From Gemmatimonadota bacterium (GTDB lineage Bacteria > Gemmatimonadota > Gemmatimonadetes > Gemmatimonadales > GWC2-71-9), in the NCBI GenBank assembly GCA_036679605.1, contig JAZDCZ010000386.1, forward strand, positions 123,359 to 187,358: a DNA stretch of 64,000 nt. Reading direction: 5' to 3'. A program made the position numbers and the translations under genes. The notes under the pieces are model-generated. The model worked only from the letters and a program-made list of their open reading frames with translations. It ran no database searches and had not been told where the DNA came from. Of this stretch, positions 61,455-64,000 are shown in pieces; the stretch's first letter is position 1; every line of letters begins with the position of its first letter.

Positions 61455-62003
61455 TCAGATCGGTCGGAACAACTCTGACAACTCGAGTGTGAACGGCTTC
61501 ACGGCGTCCGCCGGGCTCCAGGCTACAGATTGCGCCTTAACTGTAGGGAAGGTGTCGGCCGGGGTCCACACCTCGACCAATTGCTGGTCGGGATCCACGA
61601 TCCAATACACCGGCACTCCCACTTCCTGATATAACCTGCGCTTGGTGAACCGATCGTACCGAGCCGTCGTTTGGCTGAGGACCTCGATGGCGAGTAGTAA
61701 GGTCTGGACGTTCTCCCATTCGTCGGTCCGGATTTCGTCCAGATCGGCAACGAACACGTCGGGTTGCACCAGAGTGTCGGCTCCCCAGGAGATGTCGGCC
61801 GGCGAAGTCAGCACTGAACCGACACTGCATTCCTCGAGGTAGTTCGCAATCGCTGCGGTAAGTCCCCCAACAACTAGCTGATGCAGGATGCTGGGGATCG
61901 GTGTCACCAACAACTCCCCGTGTACGGTCTCGTAGCGCTTCCCGTCGTCGGGTAGCGCACGGACCATTTCGGCCGAGTAATAGATTGGAGCGGCCATACC
62001 CAT
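61455..62003 (-). CDS. Uma2 family (DUF820) endonuclease, copy 1
   Basis: LPDDGKRYE..GEL.V.P...HQ, VQPDVFV, LAIEVLS, DRFTKRRLY...GVP.YWIVDP; 182 aa. Confidence 0.9.
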   Translation of the reverse strand: MGMAAPIYYSAEMVRALPDDGKRYETVHGELLVTPIPSILHQLVVGGLTAAIANYLEECSVGSVLTSPADISWGADTLVQPDVFVADLDEIRTDEWENVQTLLLAIEVLSQTTARYDRFTKRRLYQEVGVPVYWIVDPDQQLVEVWTPADTFPTVKAQSVAWSPADAVKPFTLELSELFRPI

Positions 62004-62127
62004 AAGGTCGCCTCGGCTGTGCGTGGGAGCAAGCACACGGCCTCCCTTCAGGGTCGTCCAGCGCGAAGCGGGAAAAGCCAGTGGAATGTGAAACTCTAAC
62101 CCCAGGAGCAAGACTCCGGCTTCCGTC

Positions 62128-62244
62128 GCTCCGCATGCTCGGCACTGTCCCTCCGCGCACTGCGGTTCGCTCCCAAGGGCCAGAGATCCAACTCAGTTCT
62201 GCCGCTCACCGACGCGCTCTCCGGGACACACCGGCATGCTGCGC
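62128..62244. repeat. ~117-bp palindromic element, copy E
   Basis: Nearly identical to D and F; outer ctaaccccagg/cctggggttag inverted repeat. Confidence 0.9.
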
Positions 62245-62314
62245 TGACCCGGACCATTTCACGTTTCACATTTCACATAATTTCACATCTCAAGCCGCCT
62301 GGGGTTAGCCCGTC

Positions 62315-62863
62315 CTAGATCGGCCGGAACAACTCCGACAACTCCAGTGTGAACGGCTTCGCGGCGCCGGCCGGGCTCCAGGTTACGACTTGCGGCTCAA
62401 CCGTCGGGAACGTGTCGTGTGGTGTCCACACCTCGACCAATTGCTGGTCGGGATCCACGATCCAATAAACCGGCACTCCCACTTCCTGATAGAGTCGCCG
62501 CTTGGTGAAGCGATCGTAGCGAGTTGTGCTCGGACTCAGAACCTCGACGGCCAGTAGCAAGGTCTGGATGTTCTTCCACTCGCCTGTCCGCAACTCGTCG
62601 AGGTCGACGACGCAGACGTCGGGTTGGACCAGAATGCCTGTCCCCCACGATATATCCGCGGGCGAACTTAGCACAAACCCGGCACCGCATTCCTCGAGGT
62701 AATTCCCAACGGCCATGATTAGTCGCGTGACGACTTGTTGGTGCGAAGTACGGGGCGCCGGTGTCACCAACAACTCCCCGTGCACGGTCTCGTAGCGCTT
62801 CCCGTCGTCGGGTAGCGCACGGACCATTTCAGCCGAGTAATAGATTGGAGCGGCCATACCCAT
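62315..62863 (-). CDS. Uma2 family (DUF820) endonuclease, copy 2
   Basis: Paralog of 61455-62003, same length, offset by 860 bp. Confidence 0.9.
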   Translation of the reverse strand: MGMAAPIYYSAEMVRALPDDGKRYETVHGELLVTPAPRTSHQQVVTRLIMAVGNYLEECGAGFVLSSPADISWGTGILVQPDVCVVDLDELRTGEWKNIQTLLLAVEVLSPSTTRYDRFTKRRLYQEVGVPVYWIVDPDQQLVEVWTPHDTFPTVEPQVVTWSPAGAAKPFTLELSELFRPI

Positions 62864-63080
62864 AAGGTCACCTCGGCTGTGCGTCGGAGCAAGAGCATTG
62901 CATGGGTTAGAGTAATGCCGCCACCCACGAGATCCGGTACCATTCCAGCGCAGCGAGGTGCGAAAAATCGGTATAAGAAGGGCGGTAGGACTGGGCGGTA
63001 GAATTCGACAGCGGGAAAAGGAAAAAGGGAAAGGGGAAGCGGCCGCTTTCACATCTCACATCTCAATCCCGGCTCCCGTC

Positions 63081-63197
63081 GCTCCGCATGCTCGGCACTG
63101 TCCCTCCGCGCCCTGCGGTTCGCTAGCAAGGGCCAGAGATCCAACTCAGTTCTGCCGCTCACCGACGCGCGCTTCGGGACACACCGGCATGCTGCGC
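63081..63197. repeat. ~117-bp palindromic element, copy F
   Basis: Nearly identical to D and E. Confidence 0.9.
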
Positions 63198-63249
63198 TGA
63201 GCAGGGCCCTTTCACGTTTCACCAATATGGTGTAGCGCCCACGCCGCTC

Positions 63250-63278
63250 TTGCACCCCGTGGGTACCAGCACCATAAT
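63250..63278 (+). promoter_or_regulatory. Possible sigma70 promoter
   Basis: TTGCAC-17 nt-CATAAT. Confidence 0.5.
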
Positions 63279-63427
63279 CACGAGCACAAGGCTCGGTTTT
63301 TGCCAGTGACGCAGGCAGGCCCGGCCGCCTGACAGACGCCGGTGTAGGACGCCATGCCCCGACGACCAGAGCGTTGAGCTACCGGCGGCGAAAGCCGCAT
63401 TAGAGAGCCGTTTTTCTCGGGGGTCTC

Positions 63428-64000
63428 ATTAAGCACTCTCGCAGTGCGAAGCATTTCATCGCGGCGAAGAGATCGATTCGCGCAACCGCCACCGCCCTGG
63501 TGGTGTCGGTGGGATGGCTCGTTGCATACGCCTGTGGTGGCGAGAGCCCGACCGAACCCAAGCCCAATCCCCAACCCCAAACGAAGACCGTCTCCTCGGT
63601 GGTCGTGACCCCGACTGCCGACACCTTGGTCTCGTTGGGCGAGACCAGCACGCTCACTGCGAGCGCACGGGCGTCCGACGGGAGCACCATTACCGGTCAA
63701 ACGTTCACCTGGGCCTCGTCCGCCAACGGCGTCGCCACGGTTTCGGCTGGTGTGGTCACGGCGGTCACGAACGGTTCGGCGATGATCCGTGCCACCACCG
63801 CCGGCGTCACTGGCAGCGCCACCATCACCGTGGCACAGGTCGTCACCTCGGTCGATGTCACGCCAACCGCGCTAACCCTGTCGGCGATAGGCGCGCAGGG
63901 GACGCTCACCGCGACTGCGCAGGACGCGCTGGGATCCGATGTAGCCGGTGCGGCGATCGCGTACGCGTCGGCGGACACAGCGACGGCGACGGTCGACACG
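63428..64000 (+). CDS. Lipoprotein with tandem bacterial Ig-like (Big_2-like) domains, 3'-truncated by the window edge
   Basis: My translation: ...ALVVSVGWLVAYACGGESPTEP...VSSVVVTP...FTWASSANGVATVSAGVVTAVTNGSA... Start uncertain; no canonical start codon precedes the signal peptide. Confidence 0.75.
   Translation, partial: MKHSRSAKHFIAAKRSIRATATALVVSVGWLVAYACGGESPTEPKPNPQPQTKTVSSVVVTPTADTLVSLGETSTLTASARASDGSTITGQTFTWASSANGVATVSAGVVTAVTNGSAMIRATTAGVTGSATITVAQVVTSVDVTPTALTLSAIGAQGTLTATAQDALGSDVAGAAIAYASADTATATVDT

Noticed and set aside
62091..62310. Canonical integron attC site (ctaac...gttag outer inverted repeat)
   Set aside because: The span exceeds 200 bp, core matches to RYYYAAC/GTTRRRY are imperfect, copy D lacks the GTT end, and there is no intI in the window. 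Kept only as a hypothesis.
56449..63197. CRISPR array interpretation of the repeated element
   Set aside because: Repeats are ~117 bp, spacing is irregular (about 60 bp to 3.8 kb), the intervals contain whole genes, and no cas genes are present.
63278..63999. Minus-strand ORFs listed at the window end
   Set aside because: They are shadows of the + strand Ig-domain lipoprotein, which the track missed because it runs off the edge.

Overview
A GC-rich bacterial chromosome segment, probably Gemmatimonadota (inferred from gene content and order, not from a search). The first ~44 kb is dense, mostly + strand housekeeping: bamD-nadD-secA-radC-rel-uvrB-tsaEB-ssb, a tol-pal operon, a TatC-LptD fusion, hutHUI, aroQ-efp-accB-pilT-accC and ftsK. 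From 44.2 kb to 63.2 kb the DNA is full of short tandem arrays with a 7-nt period, in several families (GGGAGTN, GTGAAAN, GGGAAAA, TCGAANN). These usually form inverted pairs and occur both between genes and in frame inside ftsK, alaS, an SDR, cca and rarA. One pair brackets a four-helix-bundle gene inserted between recX and alaS. Downstream of rarA, six copies of a ~117-bp palindromic element, mostly nested in heptamer arms, separate accessory genes: two phosphodiesterase-like enzymes, an orphan antitoxin-like gene and two Uma2 nucleases. An apparent empty copy of this element lies at ~54.9 kb. The heptamer arrays, four-helix-bundle gene and palindrome family together are the best candidate for an undescribed system. 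I saw no rRNA, tRNA, CRISPR array, integrase, transposase or reverse transcriptase.
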